NCBI GenBank assembly: GCA_015065455.1
Contig: SVQI01000009.1
Location: 1,050 to 65,049, forward strand
Source of the DNA: Oscillospiraceae bacterium
Lineage (GTDB): Bacteria > Bacillota > Clostridia > Oscillospirales > CAG-272
Reading direction: 5' to 3'
Length of the DNA stretch: 64,000 nt
Under the pieces are notes generated by a model. That model worked only from the letters and a program-made list of their open reading frames with translations, made no database searches and was not told the DNA's origin. A program made the translations under genes and the position numbers. The stretch's first letter is position 1; each line of letters opens with the position of its first letter. Positions 40,868-50,249 of this stretch are shown here, piece by piece.

Positions 40868-42187
40868 TCAGAGACCCTTCTGCATTTCTTCAACAGCTTC
40901 GAGAACTGCGTCAGCCATGTACTGAACCTGTTCTTCGTCAATGCCGTAGAGAGGAAGGTGTGTGAATCTGTGGTCGAATACTTCGTTTGCAACAGGGCAA
41001 GCAGCAGACATAGCGTCTACGTCATAACCGAGCTGCTTAAGAATGTTAAATCTGTAAAGAGGTCCGAAGTGAGGAAGGTTTGTAACACCCTTTGCTTCGA
41101 GTTTCTTTCTGAGCACCTGAACGTCGCCGCCTGCTTTTGCGGGGTCGATCTGGAGCAAGTAGAGGTGGAATGTAGGCTGAACATCATCGCCACCAATATC
41201 CTGAGGAATAATAGCGTCGTTAGCCTTGAATCTTTCTGTAAGATATGCAGCGTTCTTGCGTCTTTCAGCAATAATCTGTTCGTTACGAGCAACCTGAAGC
41301 TTAAGACCGATAGCCTGAATTTCTGTTGTAGAGCTGTTGAGAGCTACAAAAGGTCCGTATTTACCGGGCATTGCATCAACATTGTAGAACCAGTTATCAA
41401 TGGGCTTAGCACCAAAGTCAGATCCGAAGAATCTGCAACGAGGCATCAAAGGACGCATTTCTTCTACGTTTGTGCAAACGATACCGCCTTCACCGAAGGA
41501 TGTAACGTTCTTAACTTCATGGAATGAGAATGAACCGAAGTCACCGATTGTACCGATTCTCTTACCCTTATACATAGCACCGAAAGCATGTGCAGCGTCT
41601 TCAAGAACAACGATATCCTTGTTGTATTCTTTTGTAACCTTCATGATTTCTTCCATGTTACAGGGATATCCGCCGATATGTACGGGAACAACCATCTTTG
41701 TCTTAGGAGAAAGCTTCTTCTTAAGGTCTTCGGGGTCCATATTGATTGTGTTGGGAGCAACGTCACAAATAACAATCTTAGCGCCAACAGAAATAGGATA
41801 TGCCATTGTTGCGATAAATGTAATTGCAGGAACGATTACTTCATCACCGGGGTCGATGTTTGCATACTTGTATGCAATTTCAAAACCTGCTGTTGCGTTT
41901 GTTACAAAAAGAGAACCCTGTGTGTTGAGATATTCATCACAAGCTTCTTCTGCTGCTACAACGTTTACGTCAAGCGAGAGCTTACCGGGAGCACGTGATA
42001 CCTTATCAAGAGCGTATACCTTTTCAGCTACTTCGTCAATAGCTGCGTCGTATTCTGCGCCCTGTCCCTGCATCATGAACTTAATTACTTCCATAAGGTC
42101 ATGAGCATTATAATTTTCACCTACTGCAGGCCACGGAACTCTTGTTTCGCCTGTGTTATAACGGAAATCCGATGCTTTCTTTTTCAT
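40868..42187 (-). CDS. DegT/DnrJ/EryC1/StrS-family PLP-dependent aminotransferase
   Basis: 439 aa. Family pattern ..EVIVPA.TF.AT, LEDAAHAFGA.YKG..IG..GD...FSFH..KN....EGG. Confidence 0.85.
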   Translation of the reverse strand: MKKKASDFRYNTGETRVPWPAVGENYNAHDLMEVIKFMMQGQGAEYDAAIDEVAEKVYALDKVSRAPGKLSLDVNVVAAEEACDEYLNTQGSLFVTNATAGFEIAYKYANIDPGDEVIVPAITFIATMAYPISVGAKIVICDVAPNTINMDPEDLKKKLSPKTKMVVPVHIGGYPCNMEEIMKVTKEYNKDIVVLEDAAHAFGAMYKGKRIGTIGDFGSFSFHEVKNVTSFGEGGIVCTNVEEMRPLMPRCRFFGSDFGAKPIDNWFYNVDAMPGKYGPFVALNSSTTEIQAIGLKLQVARNEQIIAERRKNAAYLTERFKANDAIIPQDIGGDDVQPTFHLYLLQIDPAKAGGDVQVLRKKLEAKGVTNLPHFGPLYRFNILKQLGYDVDAMSAACPVANEVFDHRFTHLPLYGIDEEQVQYMADAVLEAVEEMQKGL

Positions 42188-42385
42188 GTTATAAATCTCC
42201 TTTGGGATTACTTAATATATATACACCATAATTATAACATTCTGTTGTTTTTTTGTCAATACGGTTTGGTTTTATTTGTATATTATACTCAAACATTCTT
42301 CCCTTTTATAAACACTTTGACCGAACTAAAACACAAATAAAAACATAAACCTTTTTCCAAAAGCGACAAATTCAGCACCTCTGTT

Positions 42386-43318
42386 GTGCTAACATATTTT
42401 ATGCAAATCACGGCAAACGCTCTATGCGTTTTTAAGGGGGAAACAATCATTGAAAGAGTAATATACGGCGACGTTCTTATGGTCATAAATTTCAGCATGG
42501 ATTTCCTTGCGCTGTACATAACTGCAAAAATTATGCACGTAAAACTTATTAATTACAAAATAACAATATCCGCCGCCATTGGAGCATTATACTCACTCTT
42601 TATTCTCGGGTTCAACATAAACGATAGCCTTACGATGATCTTGAGTCTTATTTTGTCTTTCGTTCTTACTATAACAGCATACGGCAAACAAAATATAAAA
42701 TCACTCATAAAAAACACCGCCGTTTTTTATCTGGTAAATTTCTCTCTCGGCGGCGGTATTACTGCTATCTGCAATCTGCTTAACGTATGGCAGTCAAAGA
42801 GAAACATTATGATAAACGGAACCTACGACGTTTTATACGGAGACTTGCCATTTGGTCTTCTTGTTCTGATAGGGCTGTTCTGCGGTATTTTTTCACTTGT
42901 TTCAGGAAAAATAGTAAAAAGAAAAACGGCAGAAAAAATATCCGAATTAAAAGTCACACTAAATAAAACTCAAATTACGTTTGAAGCGCTTGTCGATTCG
43001 GGAAATCTACTGAAAGAACCCATAAGCGGCAAACCCGTTATCGTAGCAACTTTTGAATCGGTCAGAAAAATAATTCCCGTTGAATTATTCGGACTATTCA
43101 AAAACAAAGACACAGCCGTAATTGAAAAAAGCCCTTATTCATCAAGAATAAGGCTTATTCCCGCATCAACAGTAAACAGCAAAGGACTTTTATTTGCATT
43201 TTTGCCCGACAGTATAGCGCTTGACAACGTAGAAATAGATGCATATCTGGCAATTACCAACGACATTGACAGCTTTGGCGGATATCCCGCAATTGTCCCT
43301 AACGAAATCACACAATAA
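42386..43318 (+). CDS. spoIIGA: sigma-E processing peptidase SpoIIGA
   Basis: 310-aa track ORF. N-terminal polytopic region ([20 protein letters not shown]) and a C-terminal aspartic protease motif [15 protein letters not shown]. The real start codon is uncertain (no clear ATG/GTG near IERVIYGD). It lies directly upstream of sigE. Confidence 0.85.
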   Translation: MLTYFMQITANALCVFKGETIIERVIYGDVLMVINFSMDFLALYITAKIMHVKLINYKITISAAIGALYSLFILGFNINDSLTMILSLILSFVLTITAYGKQNIKSLIKNTAVFYLVNFSLGGGITAICNLLNVWQSKRNIMINGTYDVLYGDLPFGLLVLIGLFCGIFSLVSGKIVKRKTAEKISELKVTLNKTQITFEALVDSGNLLKEPISGKPVIVATFESVRKIIPVELFGLFKNKDTAVIEKSPYSSRIRLIPASTVNSKGLLFAFLPDSIALDNVEIDAYLAITNDIDSFGGYPAIVPNEITQ

Positions 43319-43355
43319 TTACAAAACCAACACACAAACAGAAAAAGGTGAAAAT

Positions 43356-44066
43356 ATGTTTAAACTTCTCTCCACGCTTTTAAAAAAAGCAAAGCAGTTA
43401 ATTTTATCAAAGGAAAACGGAATATTTTACATAAACGGCCCCGAAACGCTGCCCCCGCCGCTCAATACCGAAGAAGAATCAGAGTGTCTGAAAAAGCTTG
43501 AGCTTAACGACCTGAATGCAAAAAATACGCTTGTCGAACACAATTTAAGATTAGTGGTATACATAGCAAAAAAATTTGAAAATACCGGCGTAGGCATAGA
43601 AGATCTTATCTCGATAGGCACAATAGGTCTTATAAAAGCAATAAACACCTTTAACCCATCAAAGAATATCAAGCTTGCAACGTATGCATCGCGCTGTATC
43701 GAAAACGAAATACTTATGTACATAAGAAAAAGCAGTAATCAAAAATGCGAAATATCAATAGACGAGCCAATAAACGTCGATTGGGACGGAAACGAACTTC
43801 TTCTTTCGGACATTCTGGGAAGTGACGGCGACTCTGTATACAGCGACCTTGAAAGCGACGAGGACAGAAAAACCGTAAAAAAAGCAATTTCAGAACTAAA
43901 CGACAGAGACAGACTTATCATCACTCTCAGATTCGGACTTAACAGCGGAAAAGAAAAAACACAAAAAGAAGTTGCCGATATGCTCGGTATTTCGCAATCA
44001 TACATTTCCCGTCTTGAAAAACGTATAATTACAAAACTCAAGCACGATATCGGCAACAAGATCTGA
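43356..44066 (+). CDS. sigE: RNA polymerase sporulation sigma factor SigE (pro-sigma-E)
   Basis: Start at ATG 43356 after GAAAAAGGTGA. Pro-sequence, then [12 protein letters not shown]. Region 2 is [12 protein letters not shown] and region 4 is [18 protein letters not shown]. Confidence 0.95.
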   Translation: MFKLLSTLLKKAKQLILSKENGIFYINGPETLPPPLNTEEESECLKKLELNDLNAKNTLVEHNLRLVVYIAKKFENTGVGIEDLISIGTIGLIKAINTFNPSKNIKLATYASRCIENEILMYIRKSSNQKCEISIDEPINVDWDGNELLLSDILGSDGDSVYSDLESDEDRKTVKKAISELNDRDRLIITLRFGLNSGKEKTQKEVADMLGISQSYISRLEKRIITKLKHDIGNKI

Positions 44067-44067
44067 G

Positions 44068-44682
44068 TTATCTGAATTTTTCAAATATACTCTCAGCCCA
44101 TTCAAGTATACGGAATCTTATTACGTATTTGGGCGTTTCCGAATCGGTCAATACTTTTATCTGATTGGGAGTAAAGCCCGTTTGTACAAACTCTTCCTCT
44201 GCCTCAGACGCCTCAACACAGAGGGGCGGAAACAGTACGCACCACCAATTCTGACCCTCGCTTTCTCCTATATTAACCTTAAGCGAGGTATATCTGCCCG
44301 AAGGAAGTCTTACGGATTCATACTGCCTTTCCGGATAATATTCCTCACCAAGCGTTACGTTTACAGGATAATTATACCCCTGCTCTTCAATAACTTTTTC
44401 AGCAGTCATTTTCAGTGTTGACAAATTGTCGGAATAGATTTTTTTTGCACTTTCAATATCCCTGCATTCATTTGCAAGAAAGGCTGTCTTTTCCACAATA
44501 GCATCTCTGACAAGAAGCTTTAGATTCTGGTCTTCTTCGCTGTCCGAGTTTGCCAAGACATGAAGACGCAGGGTGTTGTCATATATTTCACCCTCGCCCC
44601 TTACAGGCAAAAACGGCATAACGAGCATAAGTAAGACTACACAGATACAGAATGTAATTTTTGATTGCATTTTATTATTCAT
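44068..44682 (-). CDS. spoIIR: stage II sporulation protein R
   Basis: Motifs LRLHVLANSDSEEDQ.LKL.VRD, NWWCVLFPPLC. The probable start is the ATG at 44682 (MNNKMQSK, after GGTGGTGA); the track ORF extends to 44718. Confidence 0.92.
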   Translation of the reverse strand: MNNKMQSKITFCICVVLLMLVMPFLPVRGEGEIYDNTLRLHVLANSDSEEDQNLKLLVRDAIVEKTAFLANECRDIESAKKIYSDNLSTLKMTAEKVIEEQGYNYPVNVTLGEEYYPERQYESVRLPSGRYTSLKVNIGESEGQNWWCVLFPPLCVEASEAEEEFVQTGFTPNQIKVLTDSETPKYVIRFRILEWAESIFEKFR

Positions 44683-44821
44683 TTTTTTCACCACCATTTT
44701 GATTATTGGCAAAAACATTTGTTTTATTCAAGTTTTTTTACAAAAGCTGTGATTATTTTTTAGCAGTTAAGGAAAACATAATAACACACAAAATGGAAAC
44801 TTTATATAAGGGTGGGAAAAT

Positions 44822-45106
44822 ATGTACACAGGAACACAAAAAAGAGCAATCGTTTTAAAAAATCAAAAAAACTGCATTTTTGAAGAAGCATACTTTATTC
44901 TTAAAGACAATATTTCCGATATTAAAGAATCGGAAATGGTCAAGGAAGCCAACAAAATACTAAAAAACAATATTATCGGCGGATATTTTTTTGAGGATAC
45001 AAATAATCCCCCAAACCAACAGAAAAACAAAGGGCTTGTGTGCTTTCTTTCGGGGGCACTTTTATCGTTTGTTACCTGCACCGTTCTCTTCATGATTATA
45101 AAATAG
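44822..45106 (+). CDS. hypothetical small protein with a C-terminal TM helix
   Basis: 94 aa. No motif recognised. Hydrophobic C-terminus LVCFLSGALLSFVTCTVLFMII. Confidence 0.5.
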   Translation: MYTGTQKRAIVLKNQKNCIFEEAYFILKDNISDIKESEMVKEANKILKNNIIGGYFFEDTNNPPNQQKNKGLVCFLSGALLSFVTCTVLFMIIK

Positions 45107-45350
45107 CACTGAAATTTAAAAATCGTCATAATTTATTCATATATATTTGGTATAATATGGGTAATTTATTGTGCGTTTAAAAAATATAAGCATTAGATCG
45201 TCTTATTTTTATGTACAAAAAGAAAATGCCGACCGCCTGGCACGACGTATTTATGCTTATGATACATACTAAACAAAGCGTGTTTTTTTACATGCTTTGT
45301 CTTTTCGTTTTGTTTTTATAAATTAAGGAAAAATTCAGAAAGGAATATTT

Positions 45351-47024
45351 ATGGCAAAAAAGAATAATGCAAAGCTTCGCGTTATAAGCCTTGGAGGCCT
45401 TAACGAAGTTGGCAAAAATATTACTGTATTTGAATATCAGGACGATATAATCGTAGTAGACTGCGGACTTGGATTTCCCGACAATGAAATGCTCGGCGTT
45501 GACCTCGTCATTCCCGATATATCATACCTCGAAAAAAACAGTTCAAAGATCAGAGGTATTTTTCTCACACACGGTCACGAAGACCATATTGGCGCTATTC
45601 CCTACGTTTTACGCTCTATAAATCCGCCTATTTACGGAACAAAGCTTACTTTGGGTATTATCGAAAACAAGCTCACCGAGCACGTGCTTGACGTTGACCC
45701 TCAGCTTATTTGCGTAAACCCCGGAGACGTTGTAAAAGCGGGCGCTTTCAGCGTTGAATTTATCCACGTAAACCACTCAATAGCCGATGCGTGCTGTCTT
45801 GCAATAAAAACACCCGTGGGTATGGTTATACATTCGGGCGACTTTAAGCTTGATCTTACCCCTGTTGATGGCGGTATGATGGATATAACAAGACTCGGAG
45901 AGCTTGGCCAGAAGGGTGTTACTCTGCTTATGTGCGAGTCCACAAACGCTGAAATTCCGGGATATACGATGTCAGAAAAAACAGTCGGAGCATCCCTTGA
46001 GAATATATTTATGCACCATACAGACAAGCGTATAGTGGTAGCAACCTTCTCTTCAAACGTTCACAGAGTTCAGCAGATCATAAATACAAGCGAAAAATAC
46101 AACCGCAAGGTTGCCGTTCTCGGAAGAAGTATGCAGAACATCGTACGCGCCGCGCACGAGCTCGGATATATGAATATCCCCGAAGGGACTCTGATTGACA
46201 TAAACGAAATAAAAAGATACCGCCCCGATCAGCTTACCCTTGTTACCACGGGAAGCCAGGGCGAACCTATGTCGGCGCTTTACAGAATGGCGTTTTCCGA
46301 TCATGACAAGGTGGAGCTTTCATCAAGCGACCTTGTAGTTATCAGCGCACACCCCATTCCCGGAAACGAAAAGCTTGTAAATAAGATTATAAACGAGCTG
46401 ATGAAGAAAGGTGTTTCCGTTTTCAAGGATAACCTTGTGGAAGTACACGTTTCGGGCCACGGCTGTCAAGAAGAGCTTAAGCTTATGCACGCTCTGACAA
46501 AACCGAAATATTTTGTTCCAATTCACGGCGAATGCAGACATCTTATGCAACACAGAGAGCTTGCATTACAGATGGGTATGCCGTCCGAAAACATATTGGT
46601 AAGCGATATAGGCAAGGTTATTGAAATTGATAAAAAAGGCATACGCTTCAACGGAACAGTTCCCTCGGGCAGAGTGCTCGTTGACGGATACGGTGTCGGC
46701 GACGTAGGAAATATAGTTTTGCGCGACAGAAGACACTTAGCACTCGACGGACTTATCGTTGTAGTTGCAACCGTTGATATAGAAGAACGTACTATTATTT
46801 CAGGACCCGATATTATATCAAGAGGTTTTGTCTACGTAAGAGAATCCGAGGAGCTTCTCGATACTGTAAAAGAAATAGCAACAGACGCTCTGTGGGATTG
46901 TCTTGAAGACGATATTACAGACTGGACACAGATGAAAAGCCGCGTAAAAGACCGCGTAAGCAGATATCTTGTTGAAAAGACAAACAGGAAGCCGATGATT
47001 CTTCCCCTCGTTATGAACGTATAA
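45351..47024 (+). CDS. rnj: ribonuclease J
   Basis: 557 aa. Metallo-beta-lactamase motif THGHEDHIG, a beta-CASP domain and an RNase J C-terminal domain. Confidence 0.95.
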   Translation: MAKKNNAKLRVISLGGLNEVGKNITVFEYQDDIIVVDCGLGFPDNEMLGVDLVIPDISYLEKNSSKIRGIFLTHGHEDHIGAIPYVLRSINPPIYGTKLTLGIIENKLTEHVLDVDPQLICVNPGDVVKAGAFSVEFIHVNHSIADACCLAIKTPVGMVIHSGDFKLDLTPVDGGMMDITRLGELGQKGVTLLMCESTNAEIPGYTMSEKTVGASLENIFMHHTDKRIVVATFSSNVHRVQQIINTSEKYNRKVAVLGRSMQNIVRAAHELGYMNIPEGTLIDINEIKRYRPDQLTLVTTGSQGEPMSALYRMAFSDHDKVELSSSDLVVISAHPIPGNEKLVNKIINELMKKGVSVFKDNLVEVHVSGHGCQEELKLMHALTKPKYFVPIHGECRHLMQHRELALQMGMPSENILVSDIGKVIEIDKKGIRFNGTVPSGRVLVDGYGVGDVGNIVLRDRRHLALDGLIVVVATVDIEERTIISGPDIISRGFVYVRESEELLDTVKEIATDALWDCLEDDITDWTQMKSRVKDRVSRYLVEKTNRKPMILPLVMNV

Positions 47025-47077
47025 TTTTTTAGTCCGCTAAAAAATCACTAATTTGGCAAAAAAAGTTGAAAATACTA

Positions 47078-47106
47078 TTGCAATTAAGGTATTTTTGTGG
47101 TATTAT
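47078..47106 (+). promoter_or_regulatory. candidate promoter of secG-rnr
   Basis: TTGCAA, 17 nt, TG-g-TATTAT (extended -10). Confidence 0.55.
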
Positions 47107-47174
47107 ATCCGTAATGTCTAAAAATATTTTATTTAAAATGTGAAAATTGATTTATCTAATCGGAGGTTATATAA

Positions 47175-47525
47175 ATGATACAGTTAGGTGTATTTGATTA
47201 CGTATTAGGTGGCATACTTTTATTAGCTGCAGTATTTATTGTTATTGTTGTACTTAAGCAGGAAAGCAAGTCAAGCGGTATGGGTGCTGTAAGCGGCGGA
47301 TCATCAGAAACTTTCTTTGGTAAGAAAAAAGGTAACGAAAAACTTTTGGCAAAGCTTACAACTATCATTGGTATCGTCTTTGTTGTAATAGTTTTGGTTA
47401 TATACATTAAGCAGCCTGATATCAACAAGCAGTCTGACGACTACTTTGAACAGAACAAGGACGTTGTTACAACAGCTCCTGCAACAACAGAAACAAAGCC
47501 TGCTGACACTTCAACAGCTGCATAA
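47175..47525 (+). CDS. secG: preprotein translocase subunit SecG (with a Thr/Ala-rich C-terminal tail)
   Basis: 116 aa. Two TM helices flank the Gly-rich loop SSGMGAVSGGSSETFFG. The conserved secG-rnr gene order supports the call. Confidence 0.85.
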   Translation: MIQLGVFDYVLGGILLLAAVFIVIVVLKQESKSSGMGAVSGGSSETFFGKKKGNEKLLAKLTTIIGIVFVVIVLVIYIKQPDINKQSDDYFEQNKDVVTTAPATTETKPADTSTAA

Positions 47526-47592
47526 GTTTTGAATTATTTATCCGCCTTGAACTTAATTTTAAGGCGGATTTATTTTTTAATCGGAGATACAA

Positions 47593-49731
47593 ATGGAATT
47601 AACAGAAAAAATTAAAGAATATTTAAATCAACAAGATACATCGTACAAACCGTACGAATTATACTCTCTCATCTGCGGAGACGAAGCAAACGAATACGAT
47701 TCATTTTATAAAGCATTAGCAAGACTTGAAGAATCGGGCGAAATCGTATACACCAAAAAAGGCAAGATTATCGCAACGAGGTTTTCGGGCTTTATAAGGG
47801 GGACGTTCCGCGCTTCAGCGAGAGGTTTCGGCTTTGTTACGCCCGAAGGAAGCGCTACGAAGGAACACGATATTTTTATACCGAGAGATAATACCTTTGA
47901 CGCTATTGAGGGCGATACGGTTCTTGTAAGCCTTACCAACCCCAAATATAAGATGACACAAGGTCAAAGCGATGAGGGAAAGATTATAAAAATTATATCG
48001 CACGGTGTAAAAACAATAACGGGTACACTCTTGCTCTCAAGAGGAAGAAAAAAGACAAGACCTGTGTTTTACGTTGTTCCCGATAATAAAAAATTTGTTT
48101 TTGATATAATAGTGAACAGAGAAGATCTGGCAGACGCTGACGTGGGTGATAAAGTCGAGGTTGAAATTATTCGTTACCCGTCCGTTAAATACGCTTGTCG
48201 CGGAAAAATTACAACGGTATTCGGAGAAAGCGACTCTTTACTTGCAAACTACAACGCTGTATTGCATAGCCATAATATCAAGACTCTATTCCCTAAAAAT
48301 GTACTCGAAAGCGCAGATAGATTAGCAGAATCAGAAATATTGCCCGAAGGCAGACTTGATTTAAGAAATAAGATAATCTTCACAATAGATGGAAAAGATG
48401 CAAAAGACCTTGATGATGCTATCTCCCTGGACAAGACGGACGACGGATACGTTCTCGGTGTGCATATTGCAGACGTATCTCACTACGTAACAGAAGACTC
48501 CGAGCTTGACGAAGAGGCATTTGTTCGCGGAACAAGCGTTTACTTTGCAGATAAAGTCGTTCCTATGCTCCCGAAGGCATTGTCTAACGGAATTTGTTCT
48601 CTTAATGCAGGTGTTGACAGATATACACTTTCGGCATTTGTCAGCCTCGACAAAAACGGTGAAATTACAGACGTCGATATAAAAGAAAGTATAATAAACT
48701 CAACAGTTAGAGGTGTATATTCCGAACTGAATGAGGTTATTGAAAAAGGTGAACAGTCAGAGTATTACGGCAAATATGAGTGTATTTTAAAAGATACCTT
48801 GCCCTCTATGCTGGAACTTTACAGAATACTCGATAAAAAGAGCGCAAAAAGAGGAGCCCTTGATATAGAAACGTCGGAAGCTAAAATAATCGTAAATGAA
48901 TATAACGAGCCGACCGATATAGTAAAGGTTGAACGCGGTATAACCGAAATGCTTATCGAACAGTTTATGCTGTGCGCAAACGAAGGCGTTGCAAATTGGC
49001 TGTCGTGGAGAGATATGCCCTGTGTTTACCGTATACACGAGAATCCCGATCCTGAAAAGATAAGAGCTTTCGATTTATTTGCATATAATTTAGGACTGAA
49101 TACCTCTGTTTTACACACAAAGACTATTCACCCGACAGCATTAAGAAAGGTTCTTTCCGAAGCAAAAGAAAAGGGGCTCGACGGAGTTTTATCAAAAATA
49201 TTGCTTCGCTCTCTTATGAAAGCCCGTTATTCATCGGGCTGTCAATCGCATTTTGGACTTGCCATTGATAAATACTGCCACTTCACTTCACCTATAAGAC
49301 GTTATCCCGACCTTGCTACTCATAGAATTATTAAAAAAGTACTTAAAGGGGAAATAGATAACAGAAACGTTGGCAAATATATTGCATTTGCAACCAAGGC
49401 GGCTATAAATTCAAGTGAAAACGAAATTAAAGCGCAGATGGCTGAAAGAGATATTGAGGATTTGTATAAATCCGTATATATGCTTAACTTTATCGGTCAG
49501 ACTTTCAAGGGAGTTATTACAAGCGTAACGTCGTTCGGATTTTTTGTTGAGCTTGAAAATACGTGCGAAGGCCTTGTACCGATCTCGTCACTTGACGGCT
49601 ATTACGATTTTGATGACAGAAGCTATACGCTTTCAAACGGTATGGATAAATTTACACTCGGTATGGAAGTTGAAGTTCTGATTGAAAACGTGGATATAAT
49701 CACACGAAAAACCGATATGCGATTGGTTTAA
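47593..49731 (+). CDS. rnr: ribonuclease R
   Basis: 712 aa. Cold-shock-like OB folds, an RNB catalytic domain (DG.DAKDLDDAIS, FTSPIRRYPDL..HR) and a C-terminal S1 domain. Confidence 0.95.
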   Translation: MELTEKIKEYLNQQDTSYKPYELYSLICGDEANEYDSFYKALARLEESGEIVYTKKGKIIATRFSGFIRGTFRASARGFGFVTPEGSATKEHDIFIPRDNTFDAIEGDTVLVSLTNPKYKMTQGQSDEGKIIKIISHGVKTITGTLLLSRGRKKTRPVFYVVPDNKKFVFDIIVNREDLADADVGDKVEVEIIRYPSVKYACRGKITTVFGESDSLLANYNAVLHSHNIKTLFPKNVLESADRLAESEILPEGRLDLRNKIIFTIDGKDAKDLDDAISLDKTDDGYVLGVHIADVSHYVTEDSELDEEAFVRGTSVYFADKVVPMLPKALSNGICSLNAGVDRYTLSAFVSLDKNGEITDVDIKESIINSTVRGVYSELNEVIEKGEQSEYYGKYECILKDTLPSMLELYRILDKKSAKRGALDIETSEAKIIVNEYNEPTDIVKVERGITEMLIEQFMLCANEGVANWLSWRDMPCVYRIHENPDPEKIRAFDLFAYNLGLNTSVLHTKTIHPTALRKVLSEAKEKGLDGVLSKILLRSLMKARYSSGCQSHFGLAIDKYCHFTSPIRRYPDLATHRIIKKVLKGEIDNRNVGKYIAFATKAAINSSENEIKAQMAERDIEDLYKSVYMLNFIGQTFKGVITSVTSFGFFVELENTCEGLVPISSLDGYYDFDDRSYTLSNGMDKFTLGMEVEVLIENVDIITRKTDMRLV

Positions 49732-49738
49732 TAATACA

Positions 49739-49772
49739 ACACGGGTGGATAAAAAATCCACCCGTGTTTTTT
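49739..49772 (+). terminator. rho-independent terminator of rnr
   Basis: Hairpin acacgggtggat-aaaaa-atccacccgtgt followed by TTTTTT. Confidence 0.9.
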
Positions 49773-50150
49773 AAGTTTTTGCGGAGTCCAGAGGGGCTTG
49801 CTCCCGCCGTTTTTTAGAAGAACTAACTTTTTTAGCTCCATCTGATGAGGTAGCGAAGCGGCGGCGAGGGAGTGAATGACATCACGGTGTGATGTCATTT
49901 CCGAGCCGTGACCGAACCGCAGTAGACGCTGTCAACGAAGTTGACTGAGGGAGAGAAGAAATGGAGTAACACAACAATAAGTAATTAAAGCTGTGAAAAA
50001 TTGAACACCCTCTCTCCTTTCTCCTTGGCTAAAAATCGGATTATTCATTATATCAAATTCATAAGAAGAATAATCCGATTTTCTTAACGCCAATTCCTCC
50101 TTCCTCGTCAGAGGAAGGCGAGGTTGTAATGCACGCTTCGCTACGTTACA
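49773..50150. repeat. mosaic hairpin repeat locus F (reverse orientation)
   Basis: Reverse complement of modules seen in loci D and E: ctccatctgatgaggtagcgaagcggcggcgagggagtgaat, ccgagccgtgaccgaaccgcagtagacg, gtcaacgaagttgactgagggagagaagaa. It also has a 13-bp-stem hairpin at about 50034..50088. Confidence 0.88.
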
Positions 50151-50210
50151 AAAAGAAGTAGCATTACCTAATCTTGTACGGGGGAATTCTTTTGTCTGCC
50201 CGTTATACAA

Positions 50211-50249
50211 AATAAGAAAACTGCCAAAAACTTTGGCAGTTTTCTTATT
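50211..50249 (-). terminator. rho-independent terminator of the ABC exporter operon
   Basis: 18-bp-stem hairpin aataagaaaactgccaaa/tttggcagttttcttatt immediately after the stop codon. Confidence 0.85.

Noticed and set aside
45270-45320. Terminator-like hairpin acaaagcgtg-ttttttta-catgctttgt followed by a T-rich tract in the RNase J leader, as a possible autoregulatory attenuator.
   Set aside because: It is a single hairpin with no visible alternative structure. It may simply terminate an upstream unit. It is not distinctive enough to call without transcript data.
49840-49860. Hammerhead-ribozyme-like core. The reverse complement of the signature core reads CUGA-N-GAG (ctgatgag, ctgacgag, ctgaggag), with variation exactly at the position that is free in hammerheads.
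   Set aside because: No helix II starts directly after CUGANGA. No GAAA plus helix III and cleavage-site arrangement could be built in any copy by eye. A covariance-model search (Rfam RF00008/RF00163) would settle it.
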